DNA of 64,000 nucleotides from an uncultured bacterium (GCA_964387845.1 CAYLXA010000010.1:1-64000), one strand, 5' to 3'; positions 39,801 to 46,268 are shown, counted from the stretch's first letter. Notes: generated by a model from the sequence alone, not told the origin. Numbers and translations: made by a program.

Positions 39801-42800
39801 GGGCATGACTTTTCCATTTCTTCTTCTCGCGTTTTTTTAACTCCCTGCGAACAGATCCTTCGGTTGGATACTCAAAGGGCACACCTCTTTTTCTTAATTC
39901 GGAACGATGATTAGAAACATGAACTTTTGAGCGAACGGGAAGCTGCTCTGATAAAACCGCTTCGAGCATTTGATCTTTAATCCACCAATGAATCGGGCCA
40001 TTTTGTTTTGTCCAATCACGAATCGCATAACCCACTTCCTTTTGAGCTCGAATAAATAAACTTTCCATATTCCCATTACCATTTTGTGCCCGCGCGATCT
40101 GCTCGGCGAGACCTCGATAAATTCTGGCCGGCTCGAACTGATTGCGCCCATTAGAAGATTGATTTTTCTGAAACGTCGAAACCGCTTCCTCAATGCCGAT
40201 ATGTGTCAACGCATTCTTGGCATTAAAAGATGCGGCGATTCGATCTATTTGCCTTTTCATTTTTCTAAAATATTTCTTCCACGAAACAAAAGCCGGTTTT
40301 TCTCCGGCGCGCCGGATATCGAGCCCCAGCAAGATGCGATTTTGAATCAATTCTCCTTCTGGAATTTGATCTAAATAAAGGCCGTATCGCCCCTCAAAAT
40401 TCTTTTCGTATTCAATTAATTCATCGCGCCAATCTTCAAGTTGTTTGGCATCAACGGCACCGATTAAATTTAGTTCATAAATCAGATGAAGAGCGCGGCC
40501 TGCAAGGCCCAACCACCTGACGGCGTGAAGTAATTCGGAAGATTGGGTGTGTTTTTTCGCTTTATTGAGCGAGCTTCGGATCTGAATTTTCAGAATTCTG
40601 GATTTTCTTTGGCGCCTGTCAAATTCTTCAAACTCATCTTGGCTCATAGTTGGCTCAATAATTAGTTTGGCATTTTTAAATAACTGCTTGAGCGCTCGAT
40701 CTTGATGCAAACCCCTCTCATCCGTCCATTGTTGCCATGTCTGCTCGGAGGATTTTGTCGGTGAAAGCGGCTTTCTATCCCGTCCGGCTTTCGTTATTTT
40801 AAGGTTTCCGGTCTCAGCCCAATAACCCAGCCGTTTTGCTTCAAGTTGAATCAGATATCGCTCGGTTCCCTCAAGCGGACCCGGAACAAATTTTTGAACA
40901 CCAACTAAACCACGGTCCGTCAGATAAGCACTATAAACAAAATCAACCAAATGGCCTTTTCGATCGGTCTTTGGATTGGTGCTATACAAATCGATCCGCT
41001 TTGTAAAAGTCCGGCCATCTTGCTTTTCTTGAACATTGCGAAACACCATGAAAAATCTTCGCGGCTTTTCCGGAGTACCTACGCCCGCCCACTTAGGCCG
41101 GAGCGGTATGAAAAACCTTGTGTTTTTTGGCTTTAAAAATATTCCTGTTTGATGGCGGTTATGGTTGTGGCTATGCGTTATGGTTTTTGGCTCAATGGGA
41201 AGCGGTTCCTCTCCCGTCTTGATCCACTGTTGTATGCGTCTTTGAAATTCTTCTTCATCTTTTAGAAATTGCTTGGTTTCCAAATCCACGTAAAACACGA
41301 CCTGATGCTCCGGTTTATTCGAAACTTTTCCGCGTGCGATTCTCCTCACCCGCCAATAAACATTCTGCTTGAATGAGAAAACGGTAATTTCTAGGTCATC
41401 CCGATTTGAAAAATATTGTGAGGGCAGATAGAGCCGGCGCATGTTTTTTGCTTTTGGTAAGGGGAAAAACACGGTATTGGCATATTTGCCTTTTCGGACA
41501 TGTTTTAAAACAGCCTCTTTCAAAATTCTAACGGCAGGAGGGCCGGATTCGCGTTGAAAAGTTAAATGAAAAAGTTCCTTGCGGACCTGTTCAAACTGAT
41601 CAGGAAAAATAATTCCTTGCTTAGGTTGAAAACCGGTTAACGCATCAAATTCGAGCGTTCCCACTGCAGGCCTGAAAGGAAGTAAATGAACCTGCATTTG
41701 CGGACGGCGTTTGTCATCCGCGGAATCCCGGGTCCATATGACGCGCGGTTCTCCGGTCGGATATTGAAAAAGAGCCCACTTAACCGGCACTTTTGCTTCA
41801 TGCAATTGGCCGTTTCGAAGATAAGAAAAGGATGTAATGAAAGGCGGTCGTCTTTTTTGTAGTCGCTGAAAAATACTATCCTGGTATGCATGAAGGCGCC
41901 GCGGGATCATAAAGCCGGAGGGTTGCGCCCGTTGGCCCATTAAAAAATCCCGTAAAAGCTGAGAACGCGAGCTATCGCGAACTTTGTTTGTGCGAAAATG
42001 GTCGGCCAATTCCATTTCCCGAATCAAAAACCGGTAACTCTCCTGAGGATCCACTTGAATTCCCAAACCTGCTTCGCCTCCGGTTGTGTTACCAATTTTC
42101 TGAGTTTGTGATGAAACATAAGAAATAAAACGGCCTTCCCCTGCCGCGGCCAATAATTTCTGTTCATCCCAATTGACCATGAATAAGCGCGGATCATCCG
42201 TTTTGAGGAGCGCTGAATGGCTTTCCGGTGACAGAAGCCAAGCACGCTCCAAAAGATCTGCCCGATCTAATAGTGCCGCTGTTGAAATCCGGCCAAGGCG
42301 AATAAAATCTGAAACAGTTATCTGATGCGCAAATAACTGACTCTCACGATATTGGCGTTCTTCATTCGAAAGCGAAGCCAGATAAGGAAGCGCGTCTGTT
42401 TGAGAAAGATCTTCTTCCTTTGAAATACGGCGCGACGAAGATGGGCGTGGCTTCGGAACGATTTGCATTGTTTCGCTATTTTGACGCAGCTCGGAGCGGG
42501 ATTGAGACTGTTTTTGGCGAATTAATTTCACGGCTTCACGAACGCTAACACCCTTGCCTCGCATATCCATGTAATCAAATGCTAAATCTGCGTTTCCGTT
42601 GCTTAATTTCCAGGCAATAAACGCATTAATCACCGCATACGGATACATCCATCCTTGTCCTTTGTCTGTTAATGGATTCGGATCAAAGACACCGAAATTT
42701 TGCCGAGTCATTCCAATGGCATTTTCTTCTGCATATTCGTAAGCTTTATCGCCGGCTTCCCTGAGACTTCGGTCCAATTCTGCAGGCAATTGATCAACAT

Positions 42801-45800
42801 ACATCATCATTACTTCCCCGATACTGGTACCTTTATTGAAATTTCCTTTTACATATTTTTCAAAGAAAGATTGTTTTAATATATTGAGATCCCCTTTACT
42901 TTTTTGCAAGATTCTTAATGCGGCATAACCTTCGGCAAGTAACGCATCGTTATCAATATATTTCAAACCAGATCTAAGTTTTTTTCCAAATTTATGCGTC
43001 AATTCGTGAGCAATTAGAAGACGGAGTCCCCACCCAGAGCCCATGCGTTTTAATTCGTTAGGATTAATTCGAATTCCATAATCAAATCCCGTGGCAAGCG
43101 TGTCGGGAAGCATTGCCACAGCAGTCGGTTTATTTTTAATCCAGATTGTTACGCCGACAGCAGCCAGACCGATAGCAGCAAAACCAAATAAAAAATCACG
43201 ACGTGTTAGTTTTTGTTTCGATTTAGTTTTATTTTTTCTTTCTAAGAAATATTTGAGGGAAAATATTGAGAAAATTCCGCTCAACAATGATAAGAAAATG
43301 GATAAGAATGTTAGGTATGCTTTTGGCTGCTCGATTGCAACCCCTATTGAGTCTGTTAAACGATTAATCAATTCTTCTTTTTGTTGCACAGATAAATCAA
43401 CGGCGTAACGATTTATAAAAAACTCAACTTCTTCCCGTACAATTTTTCTCTGTTCTTGGTCTAATTGAAAAACAAACGGTTTGTTCGATTCGCGCAACTC
43501 GGAACGGGATTTTCTCAAATCTATGTCAAGTAAATGCTGCAAAGCTAATCTCACCTTCTCTTCTTCCATGCCATCCAACTCTTGAAGTTGCCGGTCTGTA
43601 AATGCTTGGATCAAGCGTGCCATGGCTATGGACCGTGTAGAAAATTGATGCAGGTAATCATCAACGATCTGTTTTTGTTTTGCGCTTACTTGTTCCATCG
43701 AAATTTCGTTACGAGGAGGAAGGTTAAATGGATTTGGCGAACTATCATTTTGATTTAAATCATCGTAAGCTTGCCACAGAGCTCCGTTCTTACCGTAAAA
43801 ATATTTGCCCCACAATTGCATTCTGATATCTGAAACTTCCTTCCATTCTTTGTCGGCATCATTGATATCGGTTTCAAAAACGTATGGCGCTTTTTCCTCA
43901 TTAATTCCAATCGACGCCTCAAGCGGACCAAAAATAAGCGCCCCAGATTCAGAATCGACAGTGTTAAGGCCTTCTTGAACATAGCCATGCAGGGTATGAT
44001 TCATGAGCCAATTGAAATAATCATGCACAACTTGATTAAATCTCTTCGCACTCATTGATCTTCCATTCCAATGCTCTGCGAGAAGCCTGTCAAAAGCGCT
44101 TTTCTCTCTCGACGCGCCATTTTCTATAGGTTCTGAACGCAGCTCGGCCCTTGAGCCGAGCGGGCTCAAGGACGGCTTCGGCATCGCAGCTCGTTGCGGC
44201 AAAGTCCGAGCCGCCCTTTGTTGCAGCAGTTCCGACTTCGAATCGGCTGGAGTCGAAGTACGGACAGTCCTCAACTCCGCTCGAGCTGAGGACTCAGCGT
44301 GGACGGGGTTTAAATTAGGTGCTTTTTTTACAATTTTATTATCGCTATTTTTTATATTGACAAAGCCCTGATTGTTTGATATAAAAAAAGTCCCTTCGCG
44401 CGCAAACTTTAGGAAAGAAGAGAAAATACGATGACCAAAATTCCAAAGCCCGGCTCCGAATATTCTGAAGAGCGTGAATTCCGCGTCATTTTGGAGCATC
44501 TTGAAAGCCAGTTCCGTACTTTTGGTGAGGGGATGAACCGGATGGAACAAAAACTTCAAAAACTGGACGGCATTGATCGCAGACTGACTAGCGTAGAAGA
44601 AGATGTTGGATTGATTAAGGTCAATCTTAAACAAATTAATATTGATCTTAGAGAAGTCAGAGGTGATATCATGGTTCTGAAAACTGACGTTAGAGTCTTG
44701 AAAAGCGCTTTCAAACCATTCACCGCCCAAGTTTCCGATCACGAGCACCGGATTTCCGCTCTTGAGCGTTCCCGTTAAACGCAATTCCGATCGACTTAAA
44801 GGTAGCTGCAATACCTTCGTGATATGATTTTCAACCCATGGCCATAATTCTTTTGTGATAGATTTGAAATAATCGGAAGAAACTTGATACGGGCGCGCGC
44901 CAAACTGGATCTGATTGGCCAAATCAACCAAATCTATTAAGTGCCGCGCATCGGCTCCGATGAGATAGAAAAGAAATAAGTATTCCTGGGCAATTGTCAA
45001 ACCACCTTTATTTTGCCGACTAATGACCAGGAATGCGTGATATCTCAAAGATTCTTCCAAGATCACCTCTGGATTCCCTTTTGAATCAAACAAGCGAGCT
45101 TGTTTGATCCTTTGATTGAACAATGCCGTGTTGCGCTTTTGCTTTAATGCGTTTTCTATAAACAACGGGTGATACAAATCTTGATTGTATGCCCAGTGCA
45201 GAAAACGGAATTGGCTGAAACTCTCGTAAAATTCGGATGAAATATTTTCAGCAGCTAATCTTGAGATATCGGATAAATGTTTAACTGCAAAATTGGGAAT
45301 TCCTGATTTTTGAGGCCACCTTCTTTCTCCTAACGGAATTTTCTGAAATTCTTGCATAACACCTTGTAATTCTGAAACATTTTTCGGCATCCAATTTTTT
45401 GATTTTGACAAATAATGAACCCCATAAGCTTCCCTGACAATGACAGATGCCAAGTTTTCAACAAAATAATCCTCGGCATATGGAAATTGGTTAATCAATT
45501 TCACGGAATCAAAAAAAGATTTCACGTTGATTTCTAAATCGATTTTTCCGTTCTCATCAATTGTTTTTTGAAAATGAATCCCCAAATTAGCTGCTTCCTG
45601 CGGCAGCAGTTTAGCCTGTTTGACTAATTCGGAGTAATTCTTAAGAATGTCAGTATTCGGATATCCTTTGGCAATTAACCAGTCGATTGTTTTTTGAATA
45701 GCGTTTTGAACACTTGCTAAATCGGCACGCGAAAGTTGAATCTCGTCCATCAGGGATTTATTTTGTTTAAAAGATTTTCGAACGGCGTAAATCGTACCTG

Positions 45801-46236
45801 CTATCAATGAACCGCTGACGGTTAAGCCTAGCCCATATTTAATAACGGTTCTTCGTGATAAATCCGTTCCTCCTTTTGTCTCTTTTGTTTTATCTTTTTC
45901 TTTTGTTCTCAGCTCGGACTTCTTTTGAGTATTTCGTATCTCGTGAAACGTATCTCGGTGCAGCGGCTCAGCGTGGTTTGCTTCGGGATTCGTGACCCGC
46001 GTATCGTGTTTCGCAACCGATTCACGATTCACGAACGACGATTCACTGGATTGATTTTGCACCAAACTTCTCAACTCGGAAAGTGCGGCGGGAGAATTGG
46101 CGGTGAGGCGCGGGACGTTCAGCGACGGAACGGAGGAAGCATAGGAATTAGGAATGGACGGAGATAGTCCGATGGTGTTCTGGATTGAAAAGCAGAAGAT
46201 GATCAGAATCGCGGTAATTTTAAGGTATTGCTTCAA
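33892..46236 (-). CDS. Giant modular secreted polyprotein-like ORF (4114 aa, TTG start). It has an N-terminal signal peptide, three internal Tat-like signal/anchor segments, two HExxH zincin modules, an HD motif, a beta-propeller-like region and a class I SAM methyltransferase. It is punctuated about 17 times by (R/K)(S/A)ELR.
   Basis: Continuous ORF in the supplied track. Motifs read from the translation (HELTH, HEGTH, VLHDIGK, VLEIGTARDG...DIDENAV). The RSELR sites use many different codon sets. AGGAAA SD sits 6 nt upstream of the TTG. Confidence 0.7.
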   Translation of the reverse strand: MKQYLKITAILIIFCFSIQNTIGLSPSIPNSYASSVPSLNVPRLTANSPAALSELRSLVQNQSSESSFVNRESVAKHDTRVTNPEANHAEPLHRDTFHEIRNTQKKSELRTKEKDKTKETKGGTDLSRRTVIKYGLGLTVSGSLIAGTIYAVRKSFKQNKSLMDEIQLSRADLASVQNAIQKTIDWLIAKGYPNTDILKNYSELVKQAKLLPQEAANLGIHFQKTIDENGKIDLEINVKSFFDSVKLINQFPYAEDYFVENLASVIVREAYGVHYLSKSKNWMPKNVSELQGVMQEFQKIPLGERRWPQKSGIPNFAVKHLSDISRLAAENISSEFYESFSQFRFLHWAYNQDLYHPLFIENALKQKRNTALFNQRIKQARLFDSKGNPEVILEESLRYHAFLVISRQNKGGLTIAQEYLFLFYLIGADARHLIDLVDLANQIQFGARPYQVSSDYFKSITKELWPWVENHITKVLQLPLSRSELRLTGTLKSGNPVLVIGNLGGEWFESAFQDSNVSFQNHDITSDFSKININLFKIDLNQSNIFFYASQSAINAVQFLKFLFHPVHPLTKSTELAFKMLQNDAEFTLFRIFGAGLWNFGHRIFSSFLKFAREGTFFISNNQGFVNIKNSDNKIVKKAPNLNPVHAESSARAELRTVRTSTPADSKSELLQQRAARTLPQRAAMPKPSLSPLGSRAELRSEPIENGASREKSAFDRLLAEHWNGRSMSAKRFNQVVHDYFNWLMNHTLHGYVQEGLNTVDSESGALIFGPLEASIGINEEKAPYVFETDINDADKEWKEVSDIRMQLWGKYFYGKNGALWQAYDDLNQNDSSPNPFNLPPRNEISMEQVSAKQKQIVDDYLHQFSTRSIAMARLIQAFTDRQLQELDGMEEEKVRLALQHLLDIDLRKSRSELRESNKPFVFQLDQEQRKIVREEVEFFINRYAVDLSVQQKEELINRLTDSIGVAIEQPKAYLTFLSIFLSLLSGIFSIFSLKYFLERKNKTKSKQKLTRRDFLFGFAAIGLAAVGVTIWIKNKPTAVAMLPDTLATGFDYGIRINPNELKRMGSGWGLRLLIAHELTHKFGKKLRSGLKYIDNDALLAEGYAALRILQKSKGDLNILKQSFFEKYVKGNFNKGTSIGEVMMMYVDQLPAELDRSLREAGDKAYEYAEENAIGMTRQNFGVFDPNPLTDKGQGWMYPYAVINAFIAWKLSNGNADLAFDYMDMRGKGVSVREAVKLIRQKQSQSRSELRQNSETMQIVPKPRPSSSRRISKEEDLSQTDALPYLASLSNEERQYRESQLFAHQITVSDFIRLGRISTAALLDRADLLERAWLLSPESHSALLKTDDPRLFMVNWDEQKLLAAAGEGRFISYVSSQTQKIGNTTGGEAGLGIQVDPQESYRFLIREMELADHFRTNKVRDSSRSQLLRDFLMGQRAQPSGFMIPRRLHAYQDSIFQRLQKRRPPFITSFSYLRNGQLHEAKVPVKWALFQYPTGEPRVIWTRDSADDKRRPQMQVHLLPFRPAVGTLEFDALTGFQPKQGIIFPDQFEQVRKELFHLTFQRESGPPAVRILKEAVLKHVRKGKYANTVFFPLPKAKNMRRLYLPSQYFSNRDDLEITVFSFKQNVYWRVRRIARGKVSNKPEHQVVFYVDLETKQFLKDEEEFQRRIQQWIKTGEEPLPIEPKTITHSHNHNRHQTGIFLKPKNTRFFIPLRPKWAGVGTPEKPRRFFMVFRNVQEKQDGRTFTKRIDLYSTNPKTDRKGHLVDFVYSAYLTDRGLVGVQKFVPGPLEGTERYLIQLEAKRLGYWAETGNLKITKAGRDRKPLSPTKSSEQTWQQWTDERGLHQDRALKQLFKNAKLIIEPTMSQDEFEEFDRRQRKSRILKIQIRSSLNKAKKHTQSSELLHAVRWLGLAGRALHLIYELNLIGAVDAKQLEDWRDELIEYEKNFEGRYGLYLDQIPEGELIQNRILLGLDIRRAGEKPAFVSWKKYFRKMKRQIDRIAASFNAKNALTHIGIEEAVSTFQKNQSSNGRNQFEPARIYRGLAEQIARAQNGNGNMESLFIRAQKEVGYAIRDWTKQNGPIHWWIKDQMLEAVLSEQLPVRSKVHVSNHRSELRKRGVPFEYPTEGSVRRELKKREKKKWKSHARELTRGKHRDRALYNAAKRFGIQLPAAPLSLKYSTRASVHKAKRIRKKKGLNNHREALMYGEHRDRALAHAAAEFNIKLPSGNSRAELRASENGRKNKERRQGVKSEEPAKKFWLPSRRQIIIGAGTTALFAAWPILRWIRTPEFLPEIQAVVDRLEKIASEISNLDDQKTALKFIEAFKKNPVLDDTLLSSLQRHSYARIKTSLDGSVTHVTINRDFALHFPPLIIKYVMIHEGTHLINAALAREADEGMKYLIDFVKQLHGKSDMEPLITSPEAFKKVVRSVDMHLEDEWLAYRREYRALVRDLNQMGNAQRFTQKLFEGLGNDLQSQRRNAVVLQYFQSVIAQLDANKEPDELTIKANVLRSILEADWVARGLPESQGFYGMFLVFVYQKVRGTADQFIIAPNPGNSRMSLRVTDYRRLVQWIKEQRSELRQYGPASALDELVKQLSGIPDQYADFLETPHYHSLFHREGGQNAKLQDHLQAILSALNQIDRNTTAPKDAINLIKDWNAKDRAILEAFIVLHDIGKKTKMQFKENGDHSFPGHELESFRVLSDNHIHFGEMDVSSNALLKLIIKHHIFAFSIHRAQQLEKLRQEFEQAGIRGEDQFNQAIELMIATTTLDLLGSYATDDGQHVSLDPVVNFLRTFSNYKKIVQLKKDIGYDSLELSQKSNLDSKILGALGKEQGEITDQMIAEARAQIKKLMEAKPETRSELRQNNERFFHISSQDMPREMVARGNAAYILTSFTGDILAVDLDRKALMSEKWSNGRLNLSDEVKKIDPEARINSLAVSEDGQTLYAAYYRKTDVHPVDDRARKGQAYIHAFRMSDGKPDHAKFEKGVLDLKQVFPDEIVSTPLITFTQGVLFFTGLGSSKVYALDPVSGHLRTDKLKEGVYERNAKLFQYVRYLRSNQDHLILDSHAPLSGIGVVDIKTGELVYQAGNLLGEVTINQKPYQLFTQDWPNSIFGNTAYLHVAPHRLNREDPEVGSAIVALDRRSNQIDQTQFENGLLHFPKDYLPLALSVEGSTMHVAGYVTSRRDIFMSSIDLQENQGAAKSAPAHNEVPGSDINRKARAELRGEEDVMISSGTAPLILHGLREIDSLKKDYWKGKRVLEIGTARDGSILEWLRQKGADVIVADIDENAVQFAKERFGASAVQADILDLSQFADQQFDLIIASSVLYWALITNHAETKQHYRNLDDEAVWDYVREEGMPILQLKPGIEIWSTERASRAARSIRRILKPKGIFATTFYNQLEGAWDSPTGRIRADHRMPETIFQKFIDGGLQVMKTIKNEQGQALFFGIASLKSELRKDNQRPKTLDSSLVMRDSWLGTATRTASSTDVNLTSTTASLASTRSIRTANPLTPSAMAEMSFRKDSTSAPTSLAVNSRSTILNSPFQFVREEDFLISNKRGPVNIENSDNKIVEKAPMANHSRPDDAKSELRAKSNADFIPNFDNPKWKTYTVKLNNPYSPRDPVLLQIVRAGRQNYQILVGFDEGYGYESTGSVGFYLDSNKLITSQFKPFDNFSANYYHKWSKQKIAKVIMAWIAQAAYQTNRTIESGFTGNLRLVNLREKFFADEVWVKNNQPDEYGQWEPLKAIGYHHFNHQIFGRIEVYVQENSRHKWRLIELDGDGLPDRVYRVINGWDLRFVYIDGKGNIYKFVQGRRGSKVGVLDDWQNYGALSHRGKPRPDRKLSRTKEPPTYNKKVFPRGGHQRRLKTETGVSREKRRRSSRSKLRFSDPKSAALAKLVIPPSSELRVINQENNISDVSFESLTWESVIAPEIKGRAANSANQFEEAYATLPHSSIQEAVSLTAGQSEAIETDDNQTIIVYGVAPGMLENLPIAYAGATVMRKSGPVVIFGGTQMQASFLKNHFFRDDNANHSVNIVTRTNATTVLKGITGNNIKFVLYGVEGKDEHFADQLRSELRNVQFESRLESPDQLTTRFGVDQIAESLRSELRAAWAQLTAA
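35558..35586 (+). promoter_or_regulatory. Cassette A promoter: TTGACA (35558..35563) - 17 nt - TATAAG (35581..35586), plus strand, antisense to the giant ORF
   Basis: Seen directly. Near-consensus sigma70 -35/-10 with optimal spacing. A paralogous copy is at 44357..44385. Confidence 0.55.
35627..35863 (+). CDS. Cassette A small coiled-coil protein (78 aa), nested antisense within the giant ORF
   Basis: AAAGGAGAA SD sits 7 nt upstream of the ATG. Homologous to the 44431..44778 product (shared EREF..., ...KLTSVEDAV / RLTSVEEDV, HESRITKLES / HEHRISALERS). Confidence 0.5.
   Translation: MVEREFTAREVGALVESFRNDISAIAEGVSGLAVRMDRVEARLAVVEVKLTSVEDAVRVAVPNHESRITKLESKVFGR
36036..36561 (-). other. Class I SAM-dependent methyltransferase module (VLEIGTARDGSILEWLRQKGADVIVADIDENAV...DLIIASSVLYW), directly after a RAELRG site
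   Basis: Gly-rich motif I, acidic motif II (VADID) and motif III, read from the translation. Confidence 0.55.
36590..37640 (-). other. Beta-propeller-like repeat region (recurring ...LYAAYY..., ...VYALDPVSGHL..., ...GIGVVDIKTGELVYQ..., ...AIVALDRRSNQI...)
   Basis: Periodic hydrophobic-beta-strand plus Asp/Gly turn pattern reminiscent of PQQ/WD-like blades. Inference only. Confidence 0.3.
38218..38235 (-). other. HD-domain-like motif (AFIVLHDIGKK) in the module between RSELR sites at aa ~2577 and ~2858
   Basis: The HD dyad is preceded by hydrophobic residues, as in HD phosphohydrolases. Tentative. Confidence 0.35.
39091..39105 (-). other. HExxH zinc-metalloprotease motif 2 (YVMIHEGTHLINA)
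   Basis: Reverse complement of 39091..39105 encodes HEGTH. Confidence 0.5.
39384..39460 (-). other. Internal Tat-like signal/anchor 3 (LPSRRQIIIGAGTTALFAAWPILRWI), after the RAELR site at aa ~2235
   Basis: S-R-R-Q then a hydrophobic stretch, preceded by a Lys/Arg-rich n-region. Confidence 0.45.
42994..43008 (-). other. HExxH zinc-metalloprotease motif 1 (LLIAHELTHKFG)
   Basis: Reverse complement of 42994..43008 encodes HELTH. Confidence 0.5.
43120..43212 (-). other. Internal Tat-like signal/anchor 2 (KLTRRDFLFGFAAIGLAAVGVTIW), ~55 aa upstream of HELTH
   Basis: T-R-R-D-F-L is a near-consensus twin-arginine motif (S/T-R-R-x-F-L-K), followed by a hydrophobic helix. Confidence 0.5.
44140..44295. 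repeat. GC-rich tract with three consecutive hairpins (44149..44171, 44231..44264, 44267..44293). On the minus strand it encodes three tandem degenerate RSELR units (GSRAELRS / SKSELLQQ / SARAELRT).
   Basis: Stems checked by hand: CCTTGAGCC/GGCTCAAGG, TCCGACTTCGA/TCGAAGT(A)CGGA, GTCCTCA...GCTCGAGC...TGAGGAC. Confidence 0.45.
44357..44385 (+). promoter_or_regulatory. Cassette B promoter: TTGACA (44357..44362) - 17 nt - TATAAA (44380..44385), plus strand
   Basis: Seen directly. Flanking sequence is near-identical to cassette A from ~35 nt upstream of -35 through the 5'UTR (TAGGTGCTTTTT(C)TACAATTTTATTATCRCTATTTT...AGTCCYCTTCGCGCRCAAACT). Confidence 0.55.
44431..44778 (+). CDS. Cassette B small coiled-coil protein (115 aa), nested antisense within the giant ORF
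   Basis: AGGAAAG SD sits 13 nt upstream of the ATG. Paralogue of the cassette A protein with a ~40-aa central insertion. Its stop codon abuts an RSELR-coding site. Confidence 0.5.
   Translation: MTKIPKPGSEYSEEREFRVILEHLESQFRTFGEGMNRMEQKLQKLDGIDRRLTSVEEDVGLIKVNLKQINIDLREVRGDIMVLKTDVRVLKSAFKPFTAQVSDHEHRISALERSR
45781..45861 (-). other. Internal Tat-like signal/anchor 1 (DLSRRTVIKYGLGLTVSGSLIAGTIYAV), directly after the KSELR site at aa ~106-110
   Basis: S-R-R-x-hydrophobic pattern followed by a ~22-residue hydrophobic stretch. Confidence 0.45.
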
Positions 46237-46268
46237 GCGAAGTTTCCTACTTTCTTAAGAAGTAGTAA

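Noticed and set aside
33892-46236. Possibility that the giant ORF is an artefact, an alternative genetic code, or several genes
   Set aside because: There are 4114 stop-free codons on one frame in ~48% GC DNA. All flanking housekeeping genes terminate at standard stops with normal lengths. The RSELR motif is conserved at peptide level across the whole length. A real single reading frame is the simplest reading, though polyprotein processing is only inferred.
33892-46236. RSELR-coding DNA as a CRISPR-like or integron attC-like DNA repeat array
   Set aside because: The units are only about 15 nt and codon-degenerate, with no constant spacer length, no cas genes and no integrase. The conservation tracks the amino-acid sequence.
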